From assembly GCA_963701965.1 (NCBI GenBank), contig OY969695.1:3680001-3744000 (forward strand): 64,000 nt of DNA. Direction: 5' to 3'. The notes beneath the pieces were generated by a model. That model saw nothing but the letters and a program-made list of their open reading frames with translations, was not told where the DNA came from and made no database searches. The position numbers and the translations under genes were made by a program. Of the stretch, positions 1 to 9,054 are shown piece by piece (position 1 is the first letter of the stretch; every line of letters starts with the position of its first letter). This DNA is from an uncultured Gemmatimonadales bacterium (GTDB taxonomy: Bacteria > Gemmatimonadota > Gemmatimonadetes > Gemmatimonadales > Gemmatimonadaceae).

Positions 1-354
1 GGCGCCCCAGTGGCTCGGCATCTGGCGGCCGCCCGATGCCGGATCGACGGCGGCGCCGACGGCCTCGTACAGCATCTCGGCCGGCGTGACGCCCAGCGCC
101 AGACAGAGAGCGCGATCGCGGTAATAGGGATAGAACCAATCAGACGCGGGGCGCAGGGCCATGCCGGCCGCGGCGCAGACGGCCTCGTGGCCGGCTCCCG
201 AGATCTGAAAGAAGATCTTGTTCTGTCCTTTGAGTTGGATTTCTTTGTCGTCGAGGCGCCGCGAGATGTACATGGTACGGTACGCGGCGAGGAGTTGCTC
301 GCGGTGGAGGCCGCCGGCGGCGGCGTCACGCTCAAGGTCGGTGTGCACAGCCAT
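1..354 (-). CDS. 2-oxoacid (branched-chain/pyruvate) dehydrogenase E1 component, N-terminal part; runs off window start
   Basis: Manual translation from ATG at 354: [10 protein letters not shown]...[35 protein letters not shown]...[12 protein letters not shown]...[10 protein letters not shown], typical TPP-dependent E1 alpha motifs. Not in the ORF track because there is no stop in the window. Confidence 0.9.
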   Translation of the reverse strand, partial: MAVHTDLERDAAAGGLHREQLLAAYRTMYISRRLDDKEIQLKGQNKIFFQISGAGHEAVCAAAGMALRPASDWFYPYYRDRALCLALGVTPAEMLYEAVGAAVDPASGGRQMPSHWGA

Positions 355-448
355 GGGGGAAAAAGATAGTCGCGCTGGCGATTTCTTGACAGCCAAGCGC
401 CCGTTCTCGACATTGTCTTGGGTACCGACTGACGGAGCGGGCCCTCCC

Positions 449-916
449 ATGACCAAACCCAACGCGCACTGCATATTCTGCGACCTCATCCGAGGGGCCG
501 CGGAGGTATCCATCTGTTACGAGGACGCGACGGCGCTGGCGTTCATGGACATCCAGCCCGTGAACGCGGGACATGTGCTCGTGGTGCCCAAGGCGCACTA
601 TGAGACGCTCCATGACGTGCCGCACAATGTGGCCATGCATCTGTTCGACGTCGCCATGCGCATCGCGCCGGTCATCCGCCGGGTCTCGAACTCCCACGAC
701 ATGAACATCGTCGTGAACAGTGGCGCGGCCGCCGGGCAGAACATCTTTCACTACCATGTCCATTTGATCCCGCGACTCGTGGGTGATGGGTTCGACATCC
801 CGCTGCCCTTCGACCATTCGCTCATGCCCGATCGCACGCTGCTCGATGCCATGGCCGTCCGCATCATTACCGCGCTCCGGGATCCGGTGCGGGGCGATCC
901 GGTGCGCGTAGCTTGA
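449..916 (+). CDS. HIT family nucleotide hydrolase
   Basis: CIFC zinc motif, [15 protein letters not shown] and HYHVHL histidine triad; ATG at 449 preferred over the upstream TTG. Confidence 0.93.
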   Translation: MTKPNAHCIFCDLIRGAAEVSICYEDATALAFMDIQPVNAGHVLVVPKAHYETLHDVPHNVAMHLFDVAMRIAPVIRRVSNSHDMNIVVNSGAAAGQNIFHYHVHLIPRLVGDGFDIPLPFDHSLMPDRTLLDAMAVRIITALRDPVRGDPVRVA

Positions 917-1377
917 CGACGGACGTGAGACCGGAAAAGGATCCCGCCGTCACGCTGTGGGCAGCGCTCGCCGATGCGCATGCCGCGCTCTCGGCGCGCG
1001 CCTCGGCGGACGCGGCCCGCCATGGCTTCAGCCTCGCCGAGTTGGCGGTCCTCGGCGTCCTCCGCCAGCGCGGGCCGCTCCTGCTCGGCGAGTTGCAGCG
1101 CCATGTGTTCGTCTCCAGCGGCGGCGCCACGTTCCTCGTCGACCGGCTGGAGGCGAAAGGGCTGGTGCGCCGGCGGAGCTGCGAGGACGACCGGCGCGCC
1201 ACGTACGCGACACTGACGGCGAAAGGCACGCGCCTCCTGCAGCGCATCCTGCCGAAGCACATTGATATCATTCGGCAAGCGACCAAAGGCCTCTCCGCCC
1301 GCCGCCAACGCGCCGCCACGGCCCTACTGCGCGATCTCGTCGCGCACGCCAACGGCGCCCACGACCGCGACGACTAA
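913..1377 (+). CDS. MarR family transcriptional regulator
   Basis: LVDRLEAKGLVRR...DRR...LTAKG winged-helix signature; overlaps the HIT stop by 4 nt. Confidence 0.9.
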   Translation: MTTDVRPEKDPAVTLWAALADAHAALSARASADAARHGFSLAELAVLGVLRQRGPLLLGELQRHVFVSSGGATFLVDRLEAKGLVRRRSCEDDRRATYATLTAKGTRLLQRILPKHIDIIRQATKGLSARRQRAATALLRDLVAHANGAHDRDD

Positions 1378-1400
1378 CTGCTTGACGGTCTGTGCAGCCT

Positions 1401-1604
1401 ACGCGGCGGCTTGGCCGCCCGGCGTTGTCCAACCGACCGGATTACGAGAAACGCGAAGCGATTGCGACGCGGCGGCTTGGCCGCCCGCGTTGTCCAACCG
1501 ACAGGATTACGAGAAACGCGAAGCGATTTCGACGCGGCGGCTTCGCCGCCCGCGTTGTCCAACCGACCGGATTACTAGAAACGCGAAGCGTTTCCTAGTA
1601 ATCC
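1401..1604. repeat. Three tandem ~65-66 bp units of a double-hairpin element with core TGTCCAACCGAC, between convergent marR and nadE
   Basis: Near-identical units start at 1401, 1467 and 1532. The last ends in hairpin GGATTACTAG-AAACGC-GAA-GCGTTT-C-CTAGTAATCC that overlaps the nadE stop. Confidence 0.92.
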
Positions 1605-3391
1605 ACGGGTCGTAGATACGATTCGCCGATCGCGGTCGGACTGATCAGCGCGACCGTCGAAAGCCGCCGCTTCCAGTGCGTGCCCGAGAGCCGATCGTAC
1701 ACGAGATCGACGTCGGCGCGCGCAAACCCTCGCGCCACCAAATCCGCGGGCGCATATCCCGCCAGCAGCCAATTGAGAATCGCATCGGCTTTGGCATAGC
1801 TGATGCCAAAGTCGGCTTCGTCCGTCTGCCCGCGAATGAGATCGGCCGAGGCGGGCTTCTCGACGATGACCGCCGGCACGCCGAGATGCCGCGCCAGCGC
1901 CCAGACCTGCGTCTTGTACAGATCGCCGAGCGCATTGACCGGCGGCGAGTCGTCCGCGTGCCACGTGAAGTACCCGAACAAGCGCTCCGTCTTGTTCCCG
2001 GTACCCAACGGCAGCGCCGCATATCGCGCCGAGAGATCGAACAGCACGATCATCCGCTGGCGCGCCATGACGTTGCCCCGGCGCGCCGCGTCCGCGTCCG
2101 GCTCGCCCGCCAGGTAGGCGTCGACCGCCGGCGAGATGTCGACCGTGCGCGACTCAATGCCGAGCGCGTCGATCACCATCTGCGCATGGACGAGACTCTC
2201 GGGATTCGACGTGCGATACGGCATGCGCACGCCGATGACGTTCTTGGGCCCCAGCGCGCGCGCCGCCAGATACGCCGTCACCGCCGAGTCGACGCCTCCA
2301 GATAACCCAATGACGGCCTTGTCGAACCCCCGGCGCGCCAACTCATCGCGCAGGAACGTCCCCAGCCACTGCTCCAGCAGCGGCCCGTCGATCTCGAGCG
2401 GAGCCGGTCCGCCGCCCGCCTGCTTCGCGTCGCACGCCGGCGGCGCCGCCTCGTCATAGGCCACGGGCGCCGGCGCGGCCGCGCCATTGGCCACGCGGGC
2501 CAGCGCGTCCTGCAGAAACGGCAACGCCGTGCGGAGGTCGGACAGGAGCGGCGTTTCGACCCGGGCCCGCGCAATGTCCGCGAGATCGATCGTCTCGGCG
2601 ATCACCGCCGGCGCGAACAGCGGCGCCCGGGCCCGCACATCGCCGCCCGGCCCCACCAGCACCGAATCGCCGGCGAATGCCTTGCCGCCCTCCATGCCCA
2701 CCAAATTCGTAAACGAAACAAAAACCCCGTGTTCCTCCGCCGTGCCGCGGACCAACCGTTCCCACCGCGCGACCGTCGCCGGCCCCGGGATCCCGTCATC
2801 GCGCGGCCAGGTCCCGCGCGCCGGCGCGGCCGCCGAGACAAACAGCACCTCCGCGCCGTCGAGCGCGAGGATCGTCGCGGGGAGCGCGTGCCACAGGTCT
2901 TCGCAGACCAGAATCCCCGCCCGTCCCCACGGCGTGTCGAACGCCCGCACATCGTGCCCCCGCTCGACGAATCGCTCCTCGTCGAACAACCCGTAGGTCG
3001 GCAAGAACGTCTTCCGGTGCACGTGGCGGATGACCGGCGCGATCGCCGGATCGCCGCCCAGCGTTGCGTACATGGCGCTGTTGTACAAAGTGTTCTGCCA
3101 CCGCTCGTAAAATCCGATGACCACGTCGAGCGGGATCGCCGGATCGGCGACCGCCCGGATGTACACCCGCTGCAGGTCGGCGGCCAGCGCTCCGGCCGGC
3201 AGCGCCACGTCCTGGGTCCCGCCCTCGAGGAAGTAGCCGGTCAATGCCGTCTCGGGGAGATGCAGCACGTGGGGCCGCGGCCCCGTGGCCCCCAGGCGGC
3301 CGAACAACTGGCCCAGTTGCGCGAGATTCGCGGCGTAGTCTGCCTTGCGGGGGGAGAGCTGCCCGATGGCGACGTGCAGGACCGGCGGCAT
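1595..3391 (-). CDS. nadE: Glutamine-dependent NAD+ synthetase (nitrilase domain + NAD synthase domain)
   Basis: N-terminal CN-hydrolase (PE, RK..LPTYGLFDEERF, CED) and C-terminal GLSGGVDS, GNVMARQR, GTGNKTE, PASADL..GQTDE. Confidence 0.95.
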   Translation of the reverse strand: MPPVLHVAIGQLSPRKADYAANLAQLGQLFGRLGATGPRPHVLHLPETALTGYFLEGGTQDVALPAGALAADLQRVYIRAVADPAIPLDVVIGFYERWQNTLYNSAMYATLGGDPAIAPVIRHVHRKTFLPTYGLFDEERFVERGHDVRAFDTPWGRAGILVCEDLWHALPATILALDGAEVLFVSAAAPARGTWPRDDGIPGPATVARWERLVRGTAEEHGVFVSFTNLVGMEGGKAFAGDSVLVGPGGDVRARAPLFAPAVIAETIDLADIARARVETPLLSDLRTALPFLQDALARVANGAAAPAPVAYDEAAPPACDAKQAGGGPAPLEIDGPLLEQWLGTFLRDELARRGFDKAVIGLSGGVDSAVTAYLAARALGPKNVIGVRMPYRTSNPESLVHAQMVIDALGIESRTVDISPAVDAYLAGEPDADAARRGNVMARQRMIVLFDLSARYAALPLGTGNKTERLFGYFTWHADDSPPVNALGDLYKTQVWALARHLGVPAVIVEKPASADLIRGQTDEADFGISYAKADAILNWLLAGYAPADLVARGFARADVDLVYDRLSGTHWKRRLSTVALISPTAIGESYLRPVDY

Positions 3392-3400
3392 AATTTAAAT

Positions 3401-5413
3401 ATGCACCCGACGGATGCCCTTCGGTTGGCTGTAGCGATCGCCGTGCTTGCGGGGCCGGTGCCGGCGCAGCAGTCGGCCGGCTCTGGCCCGCCCTGGCAGA
3501 TCGTCGACCCCCCGCAGTCGTCGCTCGTCTACGCCCGCGACGGGAGCGTGATCGGCGAGCTCGGACGCCAGGTCCGCACGAGCGTGCCCCTGGCATCGCT
3601 ACCGGCCTACGTGCCCCAGGCATTCGTCGCGGTCGAAGACCGCCGATTCTACCAGCACGACGGCGTCGATCTGGGTGGGATCCTGGGCGTGCTCAAGGAT
3701 GCGCTCAAGGGGCACGCCAGGGGCGGTAGCACCATCACCATGCAGCTCGTGGGCAACATGCATCCCGACGTCGTGAGCCGTCGCGACCGGAGCGTGGACC
3801 GCAAGCTCCGCGAGCAGGCCGCGGCCCGGGAGATGGAGCGGCACTACTCGAAGCAACAGATCCTCGAGGCGTATCTCAACGACATCGAGCTGGGGCACGG
3901 GTGGTACGGGATCGACGCCGCCGCGCGGCACTACTTCGGCGTCGATGCCGCGCACCTGTCTCTGGCCCAGGCGGCGACCCTGGCGGCGCTGCCCAAGAGC
4001 CCTCCCCAGTACGACCCCATTCGGCATCCCGATCGGGCCAAAGGGCGGCGCGATCTCGTGTTGGCGCTCATGGCCCAACAAGGGCTCGTGCCGGCGGCGG
4101 ACGCCCAGCGGGCCAAACAGCAGCCGGTGGTCACGAACCCCAATGTGCATGGCGTCGCGCCCTATTTCGTCGACGCGGTGCGCGCCGCCGCGGAGAAAAT
4201 GGGCATCCCCGTGGCCGCGGGAGGGTACCGGGTGTTCACCACGCTCGACCCGGGCCTCCAGCGCGCCGCCGTCGCGGCGCTACGCGACGGCGCGGGGGCC
4301 GTCGAGCGCCGACCCGGGTACAAGAACCCGCGTTACGGGGCGCCGGGCGTCCGCGCCGGGGAATACCTGCAAGGGCTGGTGGTGTCGCTCGATCCGGCGA
4401 CGGGTGAGGTGCGGTCGCTGGTCGGCGGCCGCGACTACCAAGACTCGCCGTACGATCGGGCGCTCTCGGCGATTCGACAGCCTGGCTCGGCGTTCAAGCC
4501 GATCGTCTACGCGACCGCCATCGCTGATAGCATTCCCGCCAACGCCACGGTGTACGACACGGCGCTGGCGATCCCGCTCCCGGACGGGTCAGTGTATCGA
4601 CCCGACAATGCCGACCACCAGTTCCTGGGGCCAATGACATTGCGCGACGCCCTGGCCCGGTCGCGGAACGCGGTCGCCGTGCAGATCGGCCAACGCGTCG
4701 GGATCGACTCGATCGGCGCGCTGGCCGCGCGGCTCGGCCTCACCACACCGATCGCCCCGTATCCCGCGTCGGCGATTGGCGCCTCCGAGATCCGGCCGAT
4801 CGAGCTCGTGGCCGCGTATGCGGCGTTCGCCAATGGGGGCATCGCCATCACGCCGCGGCTCATCGCGCACATCGACGACCGCGCGGGGCGTCTGGTGTGG
4901 GCCGGCGACGGCGGACCGGGAGCGCCCGCGATCGACTCGGGCGTGGCGTTCATCGTCCGCGACATGATGCGCGACGTCATCGATCGGGGCACCGCGGCTG
5001 GCGTGCGGCGCCTCATCGGGACCGCCTTGCCCGCGGCCGGCAAGACGGGGACGACCAACGACGATAGCGACGTGTGGTTCGTCGGCTTGACCCCCGACCT
5101 CGTGACTGGTGTCTGGCTGGGGTTCGACACCCCGCGGCCGATTGCGCCCGGCGCCGCCGGCGGCGCGTTCGCCGCGCCGATCTGGGGGCGCCTCATGGCC
5201 CAGTACTACGCCGCCGGCCGCCCGGTCGGCGAGTGGACGCCGCCCACCACCCTCGTCACCGCCGAGCTGGATCGGCGCTCGGGCGCGCTGGCCGATGCCA
5301 ACACGCCGCCCGACCAGCGCTATACCGAGTACTTCCTGCCCGGCACCGAGCCCCTCGAGCTCCGCTTCGATCCGCGGAGCATCTTCTCCGGCGGCGGCAT
5401 CCCGGTGAGCTGA
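3401..5413 (+). CDS. Penicillin-binding protein 1A family (transglycosylase/transpeptidase)
   Basis: EDRRFYQHDGVD, GGSTITMQL, RKLRE; transpeptidase SAFK, SRN and KTGT motifs; signal-like N-terminus from ATG 3401. Confidence 0.93.
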   Translation: MHPTDALRLAVAIAVLAGPVPAQQSAGSGPPWQIVDPPQSSLVYARDGSVIGELGRQVRTSVPLASLPAYVPQAFVAVEDRRFYQHDGVDLGGILGVLKDALKGHARGGSTITMQLVGNMHPDVVSRRDRSVDRKLREQAAAREMERHYSKQQILEAYLNDIELGHGWYGIDAAARHYFGVDAAHLSLAQAATLAALPKSPPQYDPIRHPDRAKGRRDLVLALMAQQGLVPAADAQRAKQQPVVTNPNVHGVAPYFVDAVRAAAEKMGIPVAAGGYRVFTTLDPGLQRAAVAALRDGAGAVERRPGYKNPRYGAPGVRAGEYLQGLVVSLDPATGEVRSLVGGRDYQDSPYDRALSAIRQPGSAFKPIVYATAIADSIPANATVYDTALAIPLPDGSVYRPDNADHQFLGPMTLRDALARSRNAVAVQIGQRVGIDSIGALAARLGLTTPIAPYPASAIGASEIRPIELVAAYAAFANGGIAITPRLIAHIDDRAGRLVWAGDGGPGAPAIDSGVAFIVRDMMRDVIDRGTAAGVRRLIGTALPAAGKTGTTNDDSDVWFVGLTPDLVTGVWLGFDTPRPIAPGAAGGAFAAPIWGRLMAQYYAAGRPVGEWTPPTTLVTAELDRRSGALADANTPPDQRYTEYFLPGTEPLELRFDPRSIFSGGGIPVS

Positions 5414-5473
5414 TCATCGGGGGTAATATCGCCCTCGCTCGGCCGCCGCGATCTTGGTAAGTTGCCGACCCTC

Positions 5474-6130
5474 ATGGCGCGTCGATTTATTTTCGCTGAC
5501 GAGTGCGGGAACTTCGACTTCTCGCGTACGAGAGGAGCGTCCGCGTTCTTCATTCTCGTGACGTTGTGCGCCGATGACTGTGCCGTCGGCGATGCCCTGT
5601 TGACACTACGCCGCGCGCTCGCATGGGAGGGAGTCGGACTCGGGAACGAATTCCATGCGTCGACGGATGCGCAAGCGGTGCGCGACCGGGTGTTCGCGAT
5701 CATCACGCCGTACGATTTTCGAATCGACGCCACGCTCCTCGAGAAGGCGAAGGCTCAGCCGGAGATTCGACAAACCCAAGAGCGGTTCTACCAGACCGCG
5801 TGGTACTTGCACATGAAGTATCTGGCGCCGAGGCTGGTTTGCGCGGATGACGAGCTCCTCGTCGTCGGAGCTTCTCTCGGTACTAGGAACAAGCGGGCCA
5901 CGTTCCATGCCGCAGTCGATAGTGTCATTCGGCAGGTATCTCCCACGGCGTCGCATCGAGTGGCCAGTTGGGATGCCGCGAGTGACCCATGCCTACAGGT
6001 GGCTGATTACTGCGCCTGGGCAATTCAACGCAAGTGGGAGACAGGGGACACGCGGTCCTACGCCTTGGTCAGTCCCAAGATCCACACGGAATTTTCCCCG
6101 TTTGCGTCGGGGCTGATTCGCTACTACTAG
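5474..6130 (+). CDS. DUF3800 domain protein (RNase H-like fold, acidic D-E...Q-x-A-D motifs)
   Basis: N-terminal FIFADECGNFDF and C-terminal LQVADYCAWAI match DUF3800 hallmarks; codon usage looks more A/T-rich than the neighbours. Confidence 0.8.
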   Translation: MARRFIFADECGNFDFSRTRGASAFFILVTLCADDCAVGDALLTLRRALAWEGVGLGNEFHASTDAQAVRDRVFAIITPYDFRIDATLLEKAKAQPEIRQTQERFYQTAWYLHMKYLAPRLVCADDELLVVGASLGTRNKRATFHAAVDSVIRQVSPTASHRVASWDAASDPCLQVADYCAWAIQRKWETGDTRSYALVSPKIHTEFSPFASGLIRYY

Positions 6131-6131
6131 A

Positions 6132-6216
6132 AACACAGGCGGCTGACTAGCCAGGGATCCTGGCAGAGCCCAGGGGCTCTTGTCGTCAGCCGCGCAAAAA
6201 CCTGCTCTACTGTGTT
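6132..6216 (+). ncRNA. Putative DUF3800-associated structured RNA (three-way junction)
   Basis: P1 GCGGCTGAC(6139-6147)/GTCAGCCGC(6185-6193) encloses hairpins GCCAGG-GAT-CCTGGC and AGAGCC-CAGG-GGCTCT; possible outer AACACAG/CTGTGTT pairing. Starts immediately after the DUF3800 stop. Confidence 0.55.
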
Positions 6217-6255
6217 CTGTTGCCCAATCTAACGACTCTAGGCGCCGCTAGAAAG

Positions 6256-8859
6256 TCACGACTGGAGCCGTCGTCGGGTTATCCGGCGACCGCCGCTTCC
6301 TCCTCGGCCTCTTCCATTCTCGGTCTTCCGCGTGGTCACCGGCTTGGACGCCGGCAGCAGGGCGATCTCGAAGACCTCGTCGAGCGTCTCCACGGGGTGG
6401 AAGGAGAGCGCGTTCCGGACCTCTTCCGGAATATCCTCCTCGTCCGCCTCGTTGGCTTTCGGCAGGATGATGGTGCTGATGCCCGCGCGGTGGGCGCCGA
6501 GGACTTTCTCCTTGAGGCCACCGATCGGCAACACCCGCCCGCGCAGGGTGATCTCGCCCGTCATGGCGACGTCCCGCCGGACCGGCCGCCCGGACATGGC
6601 ACTGACCAGCGCTGTCGCCATGGTCACGCCCGCCGACGGCCCGTCTTTCGGGATGGCCCCGGCCGGCACGTGGACGTGCACTTCCATGGAGCCAAGCCGC
6701 TCCTCCGGGATCTGGAGCCGCGACGCATGCGTCGCCGCATACGTCAGCGCGGCGCGCGCCGACTCCTTCATGACATCGCCCAGCTGCCCGGTGAGAATGA
6801 GCGAGACATTGCCGCCACCACTCACCTGCTCGCGCTCCTCGTCGGTCCGCGGCGCCGAGCCCAGGCGGCGGATGGCGGCCTCGACGAACATGATGTCGCC
6901 CCCCATGGGCGTGTAGAACATGCCCGTGGCCACGCCGACCTCGTTCTGCTCGTTCGCGCGTTCGGGATGCACCCTCGGCCGCCCCAGCAGCTCGCGCACG
7001 TCTTCCGCCGTGATCCGGAGGTCGTCCGCCGTACCCGACGCCAGCCGCCGCGCGATCTTCCGCGCCACGGCGCCGACTTGGCGCTCCAACTGGCGCACGC
7101 CGGCTTCCCGCGTGTACTCGGAGACAATCCGCATGACCGCATCATCGTCGAACGTCACGGTGCGCCCGCCACCGGCGAGCCCGGACTCCTCCAGCTGCCG
7201 CGGGATCAGATACTTCTTGGCGATCTCCGCCTTCTCCCGCTCGGTGTACCCGGCAAAATCCACGACTTCCATGCGGTCGAGAAGCGGACCCGGAATGTTC
7301 TGGATGAAGTTCGCCGTCGCGATGAACAGCACTTCGCTCAAGTCGAACGGCACACCCAGGTAGTGGTCCGTGAAGGTGTCGTTCTGCGCCGGGTCCAGCA
7401 CTTCGAGCAACGCGCTCGCGGGATCGCCCTGGTACGACGTCCCCAGCTTGTCGACCTCGTCGAGCAGGAACACCGGGTTCTTGGTTCCCGCCTGCTTGAT
7501 CCCCTGGATGATCCGGCCCGGCATGGCGCCGACATACGTGCGCCGGTGCCCGCGGATGTCGGCCTCATCGCGCGTGCCACCAAGGGCGACGCGCACGTAC
7601 TCGCGGCCGAGCGACCGCGCGATCGACTTGGCGATGGACGTTTTGCCTACGCCCGGCGGTCCCACGAACAGGAGGATCGGTCCGCGCGCCATCGCCCGCG
7701 CCTTCGCTTCCTTCGTGTCGGTGACAGTCCGCTCCTCGTCGCCAGTCTTGAGCGTCGGGGTCGCGTCCTCTTTGTTCGCCCGGAGCTTGAACGCCGGCAC
7801 CTCGCCGGTCTTTTCGACCTCTTCGGCGAGCTGCTGCGCCCGGAGCTGGCGCACGGCCAGGAACTCCAGCACGCGATCCTTCACATCCTGCAGCCCATAG
7901 TGGTCTTCGTTGAGCACCGTTTCCGCCCGTCCCAGCTCCAGCTTGTCGTCCGAGCGCGCGTTCCACGGCAGCTCGGCGATCCACTCCAGGTACGTGCGGA
8001 TGACCTGCGCTTCCATCGACTCGCGGCCGGCACGCTCCAAGCGCCCCAGCTCGCGCTCGACTTCCTGGCGCGCCTCCTTGGGGAGCTCCAGCTTGTTCAG
8101 CTTTTCGCGTAGCTCGGTGATCTCGCGGGCCGAGTCGTCGTCGCCCAGCTCCTTCTGAATCGCCTTCATCTGTTCGCGCAGGTACATCTCCCGCTGCCGC
8201 TCGCCCAGTTCTTCCTGGACCTGCGACTTGATGTCCTCCTGCGCTTCCAACAACCCGATCTGCCGTTGCACGTGCACGAGCACACGCCGGAGCCGCTCCT
8301 CGACGCTCAGCGTCTCCAGGAGCCCCTGCTTCTCGGCCACGCTCAGCTCGATGTAACCGGCGACGAGGTCGGCGAACTTGCCCGGCTCCGTGACCGAGTC
8401 CAGGACTTGGTGCACGACCTCCTCGGGCAGACCGCGCCGCTCGCCGAGCTCGGCGGCCCGCTCGCGGATCTCCTTATGGAGGGCCTCGAACGCCGGATCG
8501 TGCTCGTTCAGCGGCGACATCTCCTCGACCGGCATGACCACCGCCGCCAAGTAGTTGTCCGTCGTTTGATACTGGAGGGCCGTGGCGCGCTGCTCACCCT
8601 GGAGCAGCAGCTGGACGCCCCCCAAGCCGCGCTGAATCTGGCCGATGCGGGCGATGACCCCCATCGAGTACAGGATGTCCGGCGTCGGCTCATCGGTGTT
8701 ATCGCGCTGCGCAACCGCGAACACGAGCCGGTCGCCCTTGAGCGCCGCCTCGATCGCGCGCAGCGTGCCCGGCCGGCCGGCCGCGATCGGCGCGGTCAAC
8801 CCCGGGAAGATCACCGTTCCGCGAAGGGGCAAAACGGGAAGTGTCTGACGTTGTGCCAT
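6256..8859 (-). CDS. lon: ATP-dependent Lon protease
   Basis: LON N-domain, GPPGVGKTS Walker A, LLDEVDK, PKDGPSAG catalytic Ser, GGLKEK catalytic Lys. Confidence 0.97.
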   Translation of the reverse strand: MAQRQTLPVLPLRGTVIFPGLTAPIAAGRPGTLRAIEAALKGDRLVFAVAQRDNTDEPTPDILYSMGVIARIGQIQRGLGGVQLLLQGEQRATALQYQTTDNYLAAVVMPVEEMSPLNEHDPAFEALHKEIRERAAELGERRGLPEEVVHQVLDSVTEPGKFADLVAGYIELSVAEKQGLLETLSVEERLRRVLVHVQRQIGLLEAQEDIKSQVQEELGERQREMYLREQMKAIQKELGDDDSAREITELREKLNKLELPKEARQEVERELGRLERAGRESMEAQVIRTYLEWIAELPWNARSDDKLELGRAETVLNEDHYGLQDVKDRVLEFLAVRQLRAQQLAEEVEKTGEVPAFKLRANKEDATPTLKTGDEERTVTDTKEAKARAMARGPILLFVGPPGVGKTSIAKSIARSLGREYVRVALGGTRDEADIRGHRRTYVGAMPGRIIQGIKQAGTKNPVFLLDEVDKLGTSYQGDPASALLEVLDPAQNDTFTDHYLGVPFDLSEVLFIATANFIQNIPGPLLDRMEVVDFAGYTEREKAEIAKKYLIPRQLEESGLAGGGRTVTFDDDAVMRIVSEYTREAGVRQLERQVGAVARKIARRLASGTADDLRITAEDVRELLGRPRVHPERANEQNEVGVATGMFYTPMGGDIMFVEAAIRRLGSAPRTDEEREQVSGGGNVSLILTGQLGDVMKESARAALTYAATHASRLQIPEERLGSMEVHVHVPAGAIPKDGPSAGVTMATALVSAMSGRPVRRDVAMTGEITLRGRVLPIGGLKEKVLGAHRAGISTIILPKANEADEEDIPEEVRNALSFHPVETLDEVFEIALLPASKPVTTRKTENGRGRGGSGGRRITRRRLQS

Positions 8860-9054
8860 GCTGCGATACCCCTGGATGTTCCCTGTGAGAATGCCTCACC
8901 AGGTACACGCACAATGCGGGCTACCCGAGTTACGCCAAGGAGGCGGGAACCGCAATCTCCATGCGCCGCGATGGCACGGGTGGGCTGCCGGCGTGACAAT
9001 AGCTGAGGGCGTCTCCTTTCCGTCCCGAACGTCTGGTGCTACACTAGGTAGGCT

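Noticed and set aside
10..369. Plus-strand 119-aa ORF
   Set aside because: Shadow of the minus-strand E1 dehydrogenase gene.
1424..1430. attC interpretation of the repeat core (GTCCAAC fits RYYYAAC)
   Set aside because: No matching GTTRRRY closes a single enclosing hairpin, the flanks are core genes, and there is no integrase.
1401..1604. CRISPR array
   Set aside because: The ~65 bp period is CRISPR-like, but the would-be spacers are near-identical and no cas genes are present.
2729..3400. N-terminal extension of PBP1A
   Set aside because: It is antisense to nadE; the signal-like start is at 3401.
6139..6193. tRNA or tRNA fragment
   Set aside because: Only two inner arms, with no T-loop (GTTC) or CCA end.
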